Source: Thermodesulfobacteriota bacterium (GTDB lineage: Bacteria; Desulfobacterota_D; UBA1144; Nemesobacterales; Nemesobacteraceae). Taken from it: a stretch of 64,000 nucleotides of DNA. Under the pieces are notes generated by a model. That model had not been told where the DNA came from and ran no database searches. It was given only the letters and a program-made list of their open reading frames with translations. The position numbers were made by a program, and so were the translations under genes. This document shows, one piece after another, positions 49,455 through 58,378 of this stretch. Location of the stretch: contig OZ241855.1 of the NCBI GenBank assembly GCA_965202785.1, positions 512,001-576,000 of the forward strand, in the 5' to 3' direction. Numbering within the stretch: position 1 is the first letter of the stretch; the number at the start of each line of letters is the position of its first letter.

Positions 49455-50762
49455 TTACTGGGAGTTGGAAGCGTCCTCGCAAGTGACGCCAGCGTATTCC
49501 CAGGAAGTGCAGTCATGCTCCCCGGGTTCTGAATATGCACACTCAAGCAGCACTTCTTCCGTACCGTCGCATTCCACGTCATCAAGCAGGAAAAGCAGCG
49601 AGGGCTGTCCTATCCAGATTATATTCGTTTCCGCGGTGCCTCCGGATAAACCCAGCTGGCCGCACGCAACCGTCGCGTCATCGTCATCCCAGAGGTCATC
49701 GCATATCCCCTTCCATCGCTTGGTCTGATCATCAAATATCTGAAGCAGGCCCGAGCTGGAATCCGACACATCACCGGTTTCAAGGCTGGTAGTGGAAATC
49801 AATCGAAGGCTGCCGTCGGGAAGATCGGGATAAACCGGTCCTACATCGAAACTTTCGACCTGCTCCGAACTGCCCGCGTCATCGGTGAATCTGATCCTTA
49901 CCTTGACCCAGTTCTCCTCATCCTCAGACTGGAAAACATAGGCGGAATTCGTTGCGCCCGGAATTTCGGTTTCGTTGTAGGCAAGATCGGACCTGATCCA
50001 CTGATAGGAAAACGAGCTCTCCTCCGTAGGCTTACCGTCTGCGTCAGTGATTCCTGAGTGATCAGCGGTGACCGTAACTCCCGTTTTGGTCTCAGTGCCC
50101 CTGATCGCTATATGGCCGACGGCATCATCATTCGAGGTTGCGGCTTCGCAGCTGACGCCGAAAGCTTCGCTGTCGCCGCAGTTGTTCTCCCCGCGCACCG
50201 AATGCTTGCACTTGTCCTCGCCAAGAACCCTGGCCTCAGAACCCGAGCACTCAAGATCGTCAAGCAGATAATACGCCGACGGGTCCTCCGTGGCGCTTGC
50301 GGGCACCGCAAGCCCGGTAAGCGGAGTCCCTCCCGAGAAACCCAGCTGGCGACAGGCGACCTCTGCCTCCTGTCTGCCGATTACCCTGATATTGCTGTCC
50401 TCTTGTGTTCCCAGAGTCCCGAGTCCGTCATCGCATATGCCCTTCCATTCTCCGGTGCCGTTACCATCCGGATCGTCGAATATTTCAAGCCTGCCCGAGG
50501 GCGCGGCAGTAATAACAAGGCTCACCACCGTGCCTGTAGTGGTATCCACCAATCTGAGGTCGCCGTCCACATTGGGTTCCTGGGTGTTAACCTCAGCAGG
50601 CGCTCCCATAAGCAGAAGCCCGAGCAGAAGCCCCGCAGTTACAAGGAAAACACGGGGTATACTCAAGGCCTTAGCGACTCCGTTTCCAATGCGTACCAAA
50701 GAACACCCCTTGCACCCAAGGCGAGTCCTCAGTTTTCCCAAACGCGTTGTTTTCATCTTCAA
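49455..50762 (-). CDS. Secreted protein with two SRCR (scavenger receptor cysteine-rich) domains around an Ig-like domain
   Basis: Two copies of LRL...SG.L.I...WKGICDD...A.VAC.QLG..GG...LLDD.EC.G.E...C...C...GV.C; central FSYQWIRS...IPGATNSAY...VKVRIRFTDD; N-terminal hydrophobic segment. Confidence 0.88.
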   Translation of the reverse strand: MKMKTTRLGKLRTRLGCKGCSLVRIGNGVAKALSIPRVFLVTAGLLLGLLLMGAPAEVNTQEPNVDGDLRLVDTTTGTVVSLVITAAPSGRLEIFDDPDGNGTGEWKGICDDGLGTLGTQEDSNIRVIGRQEAEVACRQLGFSGGTPLTGLAVPASATEDPSAYYLLDDLECSGSEARVLGEDKCKHSVRGENNCGDSEAFGVSCEAATSNDDAVGHIAIRGTETKTGVTVTADHSGITDADGKPTEESSFSYQWIRSDLAYNETEIPGATNSAYVFQSEDEENWVKVRIRFTDDAGSSEQVESFDVGPVYPDLPDGSLRLISTTSLETGDVSDSSSGLLQIFDDQTKRWKGICDDLWDDDDATVACGQLGLSGGTAETNIIWIGQPSLLFLLDDVECDGTEEVLLECAYSEPGEHDCTSWEYAGVTCEDASNSQ

Positions 50763-50947
50763 GATTGTCTTAAGTCAGGGCAGTTTTCCGGTTCCGACCG
50801 GTCTTCTTTTCGTCCTTAGTCATTCTACTTCTACCGCTTGGTTTTTGCAAGCAGAGCAGATGTTTAGAAAATGCAGAACAGCTAGGCATAACAAAGGGCC
50901 GCAATCGGGAACACGGAGTTGTCAGAGACCAAGTCAGTCTAAAGGGC

Positions 50948-51814
50948 TCAGTCCGCAAGAAAATGCCAGCCGTTTATGCCCCGGGCCAGGAAAACATCGA
51001 ATTCGGAAGAGGTTCCCAGGTACTCGTAGACTTCCTCCGCTTCATGCTGTTCCCTGAAAACGGAAAAAACCGATGACCCGCTTCCCGAGACAAGCACGAA
51101 ACGCGCCCCAAGCGATCGGAAGATATCCTTTAGGGAAAGAATTTCGGGGCACACCCTGAACACCGCCGCCTCAAGGCTGTTCTCAAGGGGAAAATCCCCT
51201 CTGCGGAACCGCTCCGCAAGAGAACCGGGATCGACTTTTCCGGGCGGGCGCTCCGGGCGCTCCCAGCTTTCGTAGACTTCCCGGGTCGAGAGGCTTTTTC
51301 GGGGAAAAAGGATAACGTAGTGAAAAAGCGGGAAATCAGAGAGCACTCCCACCCTCTCTCCCGCTCCCTCGATAAACGAAGAGGTGGATCTTACAAAGAA
51401 CGGAACGTCGGCTCCGAGAGATGCGGCCATCCGGAGCAGGTCCCGGTCGCTAAATTTCCTGAGAACCCTGTTGAGGCCCACTAAAACCGCCGCGGCGTTT
51501 GAGCTTCCTCCTCCGAGGCCGGCACCAAGGGGAATATTCTTTTTTATTGCTATGGAGACCTTTTTTCGAATCCCGGCTTCCTCAAGATAAAGGCGGGAGG
51601 CGACCACGGCAAGATTGTCTTTTCCGGAGGGCATCTCCCTGCCCGAGCATGAAAGACTTGACCCCTCTCCCGATTCTACCGAAAGGTTTATCTCGTCAAA
51701 GAGGCTTACGGGCTGCAGGATGGACTGGAGTTCATGATAGCCGTCGGGGCGCTTTCGGAGAACCCTGAGAAACAGATTTACCTTGGCAGGGGAGAGAAGT
51801 TTAACAAAACTCAT
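50948..51814 (-). CDS. ispE: 4-diphosphocytidyl-2-C-methyl-D-erythritol kinase
   Basis: SPAKVNLFL, RPDGYHEL, KNIPLGAGLGGGSSNAA, LGADVPFF, SGSGSSVF. Confidence 0.96.
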   Translation of the reverse strand: MSFVKLLSPAKVNLFLRVLRKRPDGYHELQSILQPVSLFDEINLSVESGEGSSLSCSGREMPSGKDNLAVVASRLYLEEAGIRKKVSIAIKKNIPLGAGLGGGSSNAAAVLVGLNRVLRKFSDRDLLRMAASLGADVPFFVRSTSSFIEGAGERVGVLSDFPLFHYVILFPRKSLSTREVYESWERPERPPGKVDPGSLAERFRRGDFPLENSLEAAVFRVCPEILSLKDIFRSLGARFVLVSGSGSSVFSVFREQHEAEEVYEYLGTSSEFDVFLARGINGWHFLAD

Positions 51815-52551
51815 TTTCGCGCCACATCCGGCTCGAAATTCATCGCAAGCCTCACGCTTCTAAGTGGAAGCACCAGTCTTTTCAGCTTCTCTGTTTTCTC
51901 ATCAAAGCTGAGAAGAAGCCTGAACACTATGTATTTCCCCTCCGGGGTTCTCTCTCGAAGCCTGTACTTGTAGACCAAAACACCGCCGCCTTCCTCGTTT
52001 AACTTTGTGTACGGGAGACCGAGAATCTCTATCACTTCTGAGAAGTTCGGGATTTCCTTGGGTTCAAGGGACTTCACGGCCGCGGTGCTTGTCTTCTCAA
52101 GCTTTTTCACTTCGGCGCCGCCCACCGAGCCCATAACCTTCCCGAGAACTTCCTTGTTTATATACTTGGTGAAACGCTCGGGAAAGACAATCTCGCAGAG
52201 CTTTCCCTGACAAAGCTTCATCCCCATGTCCAGATCGAAATTTCCCTTTTCGCTCTTTCTGCCCGGGTACTTTTTCACCAGGCGATATACCCAAAGCTCG
52301 GTGTCTGCGGCGACACGGGTCTTTACGGGCGGCGAGTAGACCATGAGCCACTCGACGTCTTCTGAGAGCAGTACGGGGTTTTTGAAGGTGAGGCGGAGAC
52401 CGTCGTGGTCACTCACGCTGAAATTCTCGCTGAAATCCCCGAGATGGCCTTTTACCTCAAGGAACCTGAAGAGCCGGCATCCCCCCACTCCCAGACACAG
52501 GACAAGCAGAAAAGATATGAGAATTCTTCTTCGCGAAAGCGGCTTTCCCAT
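51811..52551 (-). CDS. Hypothetical lipoprotein
   Basis: Basic N-terminus, hydrophobic stretch and lipobox-like VGG-C; overlaps the ispE start. Confidence 0.6.
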   Translation of the reverse strand: MGKPLSRRRILISFLLVLCLGVGGCRLFRFLEVKGHLGDFSENFSVSDHDGLRLTFKNPVLLSEDVEWLMVYSPPVKTRVAADTELWVYRLVKKYPGRKSEKGNFDLDMGMKLCQGKLCEIVFPERFTKYINKEVLGKVMGSVGGAEVKKLEKTSTAAVKSLEPKEIPNFSEVIEILGLPYTKLNEEGGGVLVYKYRLRERTPEGKYIVFRLLLSFDEKTEKLKRLVLPLRSVRLAMNFEPDVARK

Positions 52552-52626
52552 CGGCAATTCGGCATTTCTCCCCTGATATATTATTATACCGTACAGATAA
52601 CCGAGATTTATCTCCAAGGACTTCAG

Positions 52627-53025
52627 ATGTTCGCAAGACTGATAATTCTGTTCACCGTGGTTCCGCTCGTTGAGCTCGCGCTGCTCATAAAGCTCGGGAA
52701 CTTAATAGGACTCTGGCCGACCATATTCATAGTCATAGGGACGGGGGTGCTGGGAGCGGCACTTGCCAGAAGTCAGGGAACGCAGGTTATAAGCGCGATA
52801 AGGGCGGAGGTCGCCGAAGGCAGGCCGCCCACAGAAAGCCTCTTAAACGGTCTTCTGGTGCTCGTGGGAGGGGTTGTGCTTCTCACACCCGGGCTGCTTA
52901 CCGATCTTCTTGGCTTCTCCCTTCTTATTCCCTTTACCAGGAACTGGTTCAAGAAAAAACTTCAAGGCAGACTGAGGAAATACGCGGAGAGGAACTCAGG
53001 CTCCGCAACCATAATAATACGCTGA
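52627..53025 (+). CDS. fxsA: FxsA-family membrane protein
   Basis: LFTVVPLVELALLI, TGVLGAALARSQG, GGVVLLTPGLLTDLLG; start at ATG 52627. Confidence 0.9.
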   Translation: MFARLIILFTVVPLVELALLIKLGNLIGLWPTIFIVIGTGVLGAALARSQGTQVISAIRAEVAEGRPPTESLLNGLLVLVGGVVLLTPGLLTDLLGFSLLIPFTRNWFKKKLQGRLRKYAERNSGSATIIIR

Positions 53026-53041
53026 AGACCCGAAAGCCTGC

Positions 53042-53617
53042 TCACGGCTGAAACGGTTCGTGGCTTATCTTGTGTATTATCGGCATGGAAAAACTTACTG
53101 ACTCCATGAGCTTCTGTCCGTACTGAATCACCCACTCCTCGGGAGCCAGGGAGTAGAAATCCGCAAGCGTCATCCACTCACCTCCCTTCATTATCTCCCC
53201 GTAATCCACGCTTACAAGAAAAGCGGTCATGTCTCCGCCATCCATGGCGTTGAGCACAGAGCACTCCACGTAGGAATGTATTCCCTCTAAGACGGGACAG
53301 CCGTTTCTGCCCTCGAAATGGTCTATGCCGATAAACTTTTTCTTGTCCCTGCCCGAATAAAAACCGAAGTTCCGCACTAGGGCGATCTGGTCCCTTTTGA
53401 GAAGATGAACCACGAGATTCCTGCTTTTCATTATGAATCCGTGAGTGTGATTTCCCTTCCATATCCCCATAAGGAGCCTGGGCACGGTGTGGACTATGGA
53501 AGATGTGACGAGCGTCACAGCCACCTGCCCGTTTATCTCGTCCTCCTGCCTGCTGGTTATGATCACCACAGGGCAGTTATGCCAGAAAACCCCGGTAACT
53601 GAAGGCGCATCATTCAC
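53042..53617 (-). CDS. Flavin reductase-like FMN-binding protein
   Basis: PVVIITS...NGQ, FGFYSGRDKKKF, GCPVLEG..YVEC, GGD; GTG start after AAGGAG. Confidence 0.8.
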   Translation of the reverse strand: MNDAPSVTGVFWHNCPVVIITSRQEDEINGQVAVTLVTSSIVHTVPRLLMGIWKGNHTHGFIMKSRNLVVHLLKRDQIALVRNFGFYSGRDKKKFIGIDHFEGRNGCPVLEGIHSYVECSVLNAMDGGDMTAFLVSVDYGEIMKGGEWMTLADFYSLAPEEWVIQYGQKLMESVSFSMPIIHKISHEPFQP

Positions 53618-53759
53618 TGAAAAACTCCTTTTTATATCCCGGGCCAAAAATGCCGCGGGAGAATTGAAAAAATATCCCCCGTGTGCTATAGTAACCCCGT
53701 CTTTCAAGTTTACCCGCTACAATGCGGCAGCGCCTTTTAAACGAACTGAATTCCTGATT

Positions 53760-54536
53760 ATGAGAAAAATAATCCCGGCGGTCGCCTTTCTTTTCCTGCT
53801 CGTTGGTGTCCTGCACATCTCGGGGTGCTCGAAGAGAGTTTCCACCCCTCCTCCCCCGGCTGAAGAACCCTCGACGGATACTCAGGACAGAGTCATGGCG
53901 GTATCGGAGAGGCTTGAGGAAGCCCGAGCGGAGGGCGCCGAGGACACTTGGGAGTACGAAGAGGCGCAAAAGCTTTTCGAGATGGCCCAGGACCTTATAG
54001 ACGAAGGGAATCTTGAAGAAGCTGAGAAGATCCTTTCTCAAGCGGAACTGAAGGCCACGCAGGCAATCGGCGCCGCCCGGGAAGGCGCCTTCATGGAGGG
54101 CTTTGACGAAGAGGCCCAGGAAATACGGAAATCCCTGCTCAGCGACGCCTTCTCCAAAGAAAACCTTATAAACCTTCCCACCTCGGACGTGTTCTTTCAG
54201 TTCGACAGCGCGGAGATGTCGGAAGAGGCAATGGAGATAATCGACGGCAACATAAGCATCTTCGAAAAAAACAAAGACAGAATCAAATTCATTCTCGTCT
54301 TCGGTTTCTGCGACATCCGCGGGACCGAGGAATACAACCTCTCCCTTGGAAAGAAAAGAGCGGATGAGATCAAAAAGTACATGATCGGAAAAGGGATGTC
54401 TCCCGACATGCTGCACTCAATCAGCAAGGGAGAGACGGAAATATGGCAGGAGGGATCATCGGAGGAAGCGTACAGCCGCAACAGGCGAGGACACTTCATG
54501 GCCCTCTCTGACAATAATTCCTTAGAGAACCAATGA
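53760..54536 (+). CDS. Pal/OmpA-family peptidoglycan-associated lipoprotein with N-terminal helical extension
   Basis: Lipobox ISG-C; VFFQFDSA, GFCDIRGTEEYNLSLGKKRA, ISKGE, NRR; upstream of cpoB. Confidence 0.85.
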   Translation: MRKIIPAVAFLFLLVGVLHISGCSKRVSTPPPPAEEPSTDTQDRVMAVSERLEEARAEGAEDTWEYEEAQKLFEMAQDLIDEGNLEEAEKILSQAELKATQAIGAAREGAFMEGFDEEAQEIRKSLLSDAFSKENLINLPTSDVFFQFDSAEMSEEAMEIIDGNISIFEKNKDRIKFILVFGFCDIRGTEEYNLSLGKKRADEIKKYMIGKGMSPDMLHSISKGETEIWQEGSSEEAYSRNRRGHFMALSDNNSLENQ

Positions 54537-55336
54537 GAAAAAAATATCTGGCCGTCGCCGCAATATCGTTTTGCTCCATGTTCATGTACGGGTGCGTAGC
54601 ATCGGAAGGGGACCTGGATTTTCTTTACTCGAGGCAAAGGGAAGCTGAGACAAACATCAAGAAGATACAGAAGGATATCGACTGGCTGAAGACGGAAGTA
54701 AAGAAAGAAGAGAATATCGTTGGTCTTAACGAAAAGACTTTTGAACTTGAAAACAAGCTTCTGGAACTCGAGCAGATAATAGGCGAGATACATGCTCAGA
54801 GCGAAGAACGGTTCAAAAAAATAGAAGCCGGACTGTCGGCAATCGCAGAGGCAGAATCCCGGGCCGCAGTTCCGCAACCACAGACGCCGCCCGCCCCAGC
54901 TTCCAAGCAGGGTTCTGAAAGCAAAAGCGAGGAACCATCCCCCGCGGAAAAGGGTCCCAAGAAGAACTACGACCTAGGAGTAAAAGAGTTCGCCGACGGC
55001 AACTATGAGGGCGCAAGGGCGCTGCTTCGAGAGTATCTTGCCGCCGCCCCCAAAAGTGATGAGGCTCCAGACGCGATGTTCTTCATCGCAGACTCCTACT
55101 TCAAGGAAAAATTCTACGAGGAAGCCATACTCGAATACCAGAACATAATCGAAACCTGGCCCGCCAGCCCCAAAATCCCGCTTTGCCAGCTCAATCAGGG
55201 AATCGCGCTCCTGAAGATAGGGAAACCGAACGAGGCGAGTCTCTTTTTCGAATCCCTGATCGAGGCGTACCCGGACTCACCCGAAGCCGCAACGGCGAAA
55301 GAACACCTTAAGACCTTGTCCACACCGGGAGAATAA
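54533..55336 (+). CDS. cpoB: CpoB/YbgF-like coiled-coil plus TPR lipoprotein
   Basis: Lipobox, coiled coil, TPR motifs DAMFFIADSYF...AILEYQ...LIEAYPDSPEA; follows pal. Confidence 0.8.
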   Translation: MRKKYLAVAAISFCSMFMYGCVASEGDLDFLYSRQREAETNIKKIQKDIDWLKTEVKKEENIVGLNEKTFELENKLLELEQIIGEIHAQSEERFKKIEAGLSAIAEAESRAAVPQPQTPPAPASKQGSESKSEEPSPAEKGPKKNYDLGVKEFADGNYEGARALLREYLAAAPKSDEAPDAMFFIADSYFKEKFYEEAILEYQNIIETWPASPKIPLCQLNQGIALLKIGKPNEASLFFESLIEAYPDSPEAATAKEHLKTLSTPGE

Positions 55337-55370
55337 AAGCTCCGGCCGTGGTCGGCGCTGAACCGTTTTT

Positions 55371-56663
55371 ATGAAGACCACCAACTCAGAGAAGCTTTTT
55401 CGCAGGGCGAGAAACGTTCTTGTGGGCGGGGTAAACAGTCCCGTGAGATCTTTTGCGGCCGTGGGAGGTTCGCCGCTTTTCGTATCAAGGGCAGAAGGTT
55501 CCTACGTATACGACGCTGATGGGAACAGGTTCATCGACTACGTGGCCTCATGGGGTCCGCTGATCCTGGGACACTCACACCCCTCGGTGGTAAGTGCCGT
55601 CGGGGAGAGGCTTCCCCTGGGAACGAGCTTCGGCGCCCCTTGCGAACTGGAAACGGATCTTGCCACGCTGATAGCAAGACACTTTCCCTCGATCGAGAAG
55701 GTCCGCCTCACCAATTCCGGAACCGAGGCTACCATGAGCGCCATAAGGCTTGCAAGAGCGGTCACCCAAAGGGAATACATAGTCAAGTTCGAGGGATGCT
55801 ACCACGGACACTCGGATTTTCTGCTCGTGAAATCCGGTTCGGGAGCCACGACTTTCGGAAACCCAAGCAGCGCCGGGGTCCCGAAATCGTTTGTGAACAG
55901 AACGCTGCTTGCTCGGTATAACGACATAGATTCCGTCAAAAGGCTTTTCGAGAGGCACCCCAAAAAGATTGCAGGAGTGATAATCGAACCCGTGGCGGGG
56001 AACATGGGAGTGGTGATCCCGGAGAAAAACTTTCTCAAGAAATTGCGCTCTACATGCAAAAAACACGGGGCGGTTCTCATCTTCGACGAGGTCATAACGG
56101 GGTTTCGCCTCGCCAGAGGGGGCGCGCAGGAACTCTTCGGCGTAGTTCCGGACATAACATGTCTCGGGAAAATAATAGGAGGAGGGCTCCCGGTGGGGGC
56201 GTACGGGGCAAGCGCAGAAATAATGCAGATGGTTTCCCCTGAAGGTCCCATGTACCAGGCGGGAACCCTCTCGGGAAATCCGCTTGCCATGGCGGCGGGG
56301 ATTGCGACAGTAAAAGAACTTAACCCGAGAACCTACAGACGCCTTGAGAGCCTGACTGCCTCTCTTGTATCTGGAATAAGGGAGATAATAGCGGAGCTTG
56401 GCATTGCCGCCACCGTAAATTCTGTCGGCTCCATGTTCACCGTGTTTTTCACCGACCAGAGGGTAACGGACTACGCAGGAGCGCTTGGATGCGATACCGC
56501 GAAGTACGCGAGATTCTTCAGAAATCTTCTCCAAAACGGGGTCATGTTCCCGCCGTCTCAGTTCGAAAGTGTATTCGTTTCGACCGCGCACACGAAAAAG
56601 CAGGTAGGCCAGACTCTTCAGGCGGTCTACGCGTCGCTTCGGGAAATCTCCCAGGGAGAGTAA
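55371..56663 (+). CDS. hemL: Glutamate-1-semialdehyde 2,1-aminomutase
   Basis: GGVNSPVR, NSGTEATMSAIRLAR, KFEGCYHGH, FDEVITGFR, GKIIGGGLPVGAYG, YQAGTLSGNP. Confidence 0.97.
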   Translation: MKTTNSEKLFRRARNVLVGGVNSPVRSFAAVGGSPLFVSRAEGSYVYDADGNRFIDYVASWGPLILGHSHPSVVSAVGERLPLGTSFGAPCELETDLATLIARHFPSIEKVRLTNSGTEATMSAIRLARAVTQREYIVKFEGCYHGHSDFLLVKSGSGATTFGNPSSAGVPKSFVNRTLLARYNDIDSVKRLFERHPKKIAGVIIEPVAGNMGVVIPEKNFLKKLRSTCKKHGAVLIFDEVITGFRLARGGAQELFGVVPDITCLGKIIGGGLPVGAYGASAEIMQMVSPEGPMYQAGTLSGNPLAMAAGIATVKELNPRTYRRLESLTASLVSGIREIIAELGIAATVNSVGSMFTVFFTDQRVTDYAGALGCDTAKYARFFRNLLQNGVMFPPSQFESVFVSTAHTKKQVGQTLQAVYASLREISQGE

Positions 56664-56664
56664 A

Positions 56665-56892
56665 ATCAGAAATCCTAACTGGCTTTTTTTCGTTGTAATC
56701 GGAATTGAGTTTGCTTTCTCCGTCATAGCGGGACTCTTTCTCGGGGACTACATCGACGGAAAACTTGACACCGCTTTCCCTTTCTTTACCCTGCTAGGTC
56801 TTGTGTGCGGAGTGATAGCGGGGCTGACCCTGCTTCTGCGGACACTTAGACTGAGACAGCAGAGAAAAAACGGAAACGATGAAGAATCTTAG
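56665..56892 (+). CDS. AtpZ/AtpI ('ATPase gene 1') small membrane protein, no canonical start
   Basis: Absent from the ORF track; translated by hand as IRNPNWLFFVVIGIEFAFSVIAGLFLGDYIDGKLDTAFPFFTLLGLVCGVIAG...NDEES*. Shows the G..lD...t.P pattern and heads the atp genes. Confidence 0.75.
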   Translation: MRNPNWLFFVVIGIEFAFSVIAGLFLGDYIDGKLDTAFPFFTLLGLVCGVIAGLTLLLRTLRLRQQRKNGNDEES

Positions 56893-57220
56893 TCTTGGCG
56901 TTGAGAAACTGTCCCTGGCCGTAACGGCGCTTCTTTTCGTCGTGAATATCGCCATCGGGCAAAGGGAGATTGCGGTGGCCATAGCGGTTGCGGGAGTCCT
57001 TTTTCTGCTGGATTACGTGGCCATAAGATTCGTCGTAAAGGCCCTTGCGGAAAAAAGGTATTCACTTGCGTTTTCCATGTTCATACTGGTCATGAAAATG
57101 CTCGCGTTGCTTGCGATAATAACGGTTTTACTCGTATTTGCAAAACTGAATATATATGGTTTAATGATAGGCTTAACTTCCGTGGTGATAGTAATAATAG
57201 GTAAAGGTTTGAAGGGTTAG
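56879..57220 (+). CDS. ATP synthase I-like membrane protein
   Basis: Four hydrophobic segments, directly upstream of atpB. Confidence 0.7.
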   Translation: MKNLSLGVEKLSLAVTALLFVVNIAIGQREIAVAIAVAGVLFLLDYVAIRFVVKALAEKRYSLAFSMFILVMKMLALLAIITVLLVFAKLNIYGLMIGLTSVVIVIIGKGLKG

Positions 57221-57222
57221 AC

Positions 57223-57912
57223 ATGGAACATTTCAGCTGGTTTTCCCTTGCCGGTCTCATAGAATACGACCATATTCTGGGCGGAGTGCTGGTACTTCTG
57301 TTCATACTGTTTGTCGGCCTGAGGGTAACAAAGCATTACTCGAGGGAAGAATCCGTAATCCCCGAAGAGAAGCCGTCGATGAACATTTTCTTCGAACTCC
57401 TGGGGCTTGAATTCCTTTTCAACACGATTGAAAACGTTTTCGGGTCCCGCGAAAAGGCGAAGAAGTACTTCCCCCTTCTAGCCGGGTCGTTTTTCTTCAT
57501 ACTGTTTGCGAACCTGCTGGGAATGGTCCCGGGTTTTCTTCCGCCGACCGGAAATCTGAACACCACCGTAGCGTGCTCGCTTCTCATATTCGTCATGTAC
57601 AACTACTACGGAATAAGGGAGCACGGGCTCGGCTACGTAAAGCATTTTCTGGGCCCGGTAATTTTCCTTGCGCCGCTTATGCTGATCATCGAGATTATAA
57701 GCCATCTGGTAAGGCCACTGTCGCTGTCCCTCAGGCTTTTCATGAACATAACAGGCGACCACATGGTGCTCGGGGTGTTTACCAACCTCACGCATATACT
57801 GATTCCCATGGCTTTCGTGGGGCTAGGTATTTTCGTATCTTTTTTGCAGGCTTTTATATTCACTATACTTTCGACCATATATATCGCGCTTGCCGAAGCG
57901 CATGAACACTGA
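57223..57912 (+). CDS. atpB: F0 ATP synthase subunit a
   Basis: FILFANLLGMVPG, PPTGNLN, IEIISHLVRPLSLSLRLFMN, LQAFIFTILS. Confidence 0.97.
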   Translation: MEHFSWFSLAGLIEYDHILGGVLVLLFILFVGLRVTKHYSREESVIPEEKPSMNIFFELLGLEFLFNTIENVFGSREKAKKYFPLLAGSFFFILFANLLGMVPGFLPPTGNLNTTVACSLLIFVMYNYYGIREHGLGYVKHFLGPVIFLAPLMLIIEIISHLVRPLSLSLRLFMNITGDHMVLGVFTNLTHILIPMAFVGLGIFVSFLQAFIFTILSTIYIALAEAHEH

Positions 57913-57933
57913 CATAAATTTAGGAGGTAAGAA

Positions 57934-58260
57934 ATGAAAAGGTTGTTTTCTTTTATAGGTCTTGCGGCACTGGCTTCGTTCGGTGCTTTCGTTCCTGACG
58001 CGTTTGCCGCGACTGAGGGGGGCTTAGGAGAACTGGCGAAGATGGGACTTGGAATCGGCGCCGGAGTAGGCATAGGTATAGCCGCAGGCGTCGCGGGAGT
58101 AGGTCAGGGACTCGCCACGGCTTCCGCTGTTGACGGCATAGCTAGAAACCCGGGCGCTTCCGCGAAGATCCAGACGCCCATGATTATCGGTCTCGCCCTG
58201 ATCGAATCTCTGGTAATCTACGCCCTTCTGATAGCGTTTCTGCTTCAGGGAAAAATCTGA
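57934..58260 (+). CDS. atpE: F0 ATP synthase subunit c with N-terminal extension
   Basis: Gly-rich helix, [10 protein letters not shown] loop, [11 protein letters not shown]. Confidence 0.96.
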   Translation: MKRLFSFIGLAALASFGAFVPDAFAATEGGLGELAKMGLGIGAGVGIGIAAGVAGVGQGLATASAVDGIARNPGASAKIQTPMIIGLALIESLVIYALLIAFLLQGKI

Positions 58261-58275
58261 CGCACATAAGAAAAG

Positions 58276-58316
58276 ACGGGGAATACCACAGCAAAAAGGT
58301 TATTCCCCGTTTTATT
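58276..58316 (+). terminator. Intrinsic terminator after atpE (possibly bidirectional)
   Basis: ACGGGGAATA (58276-58285) / TATTCCCCGT (58301-58310) inverted repeat followed by TTTATT, between convergent genes. Confidence 0.6.
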
Positions 58317-58378
58317 ATCTGCCGTTGAGCAGTACGGTTCCGCACAACGAGTTGTAACCGGAATCTGAACGATAATCT

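Noticed and set aside
55575-56726. 383-aa ORF on the - strand
   Set aside because: Antisense shadow of hemL.
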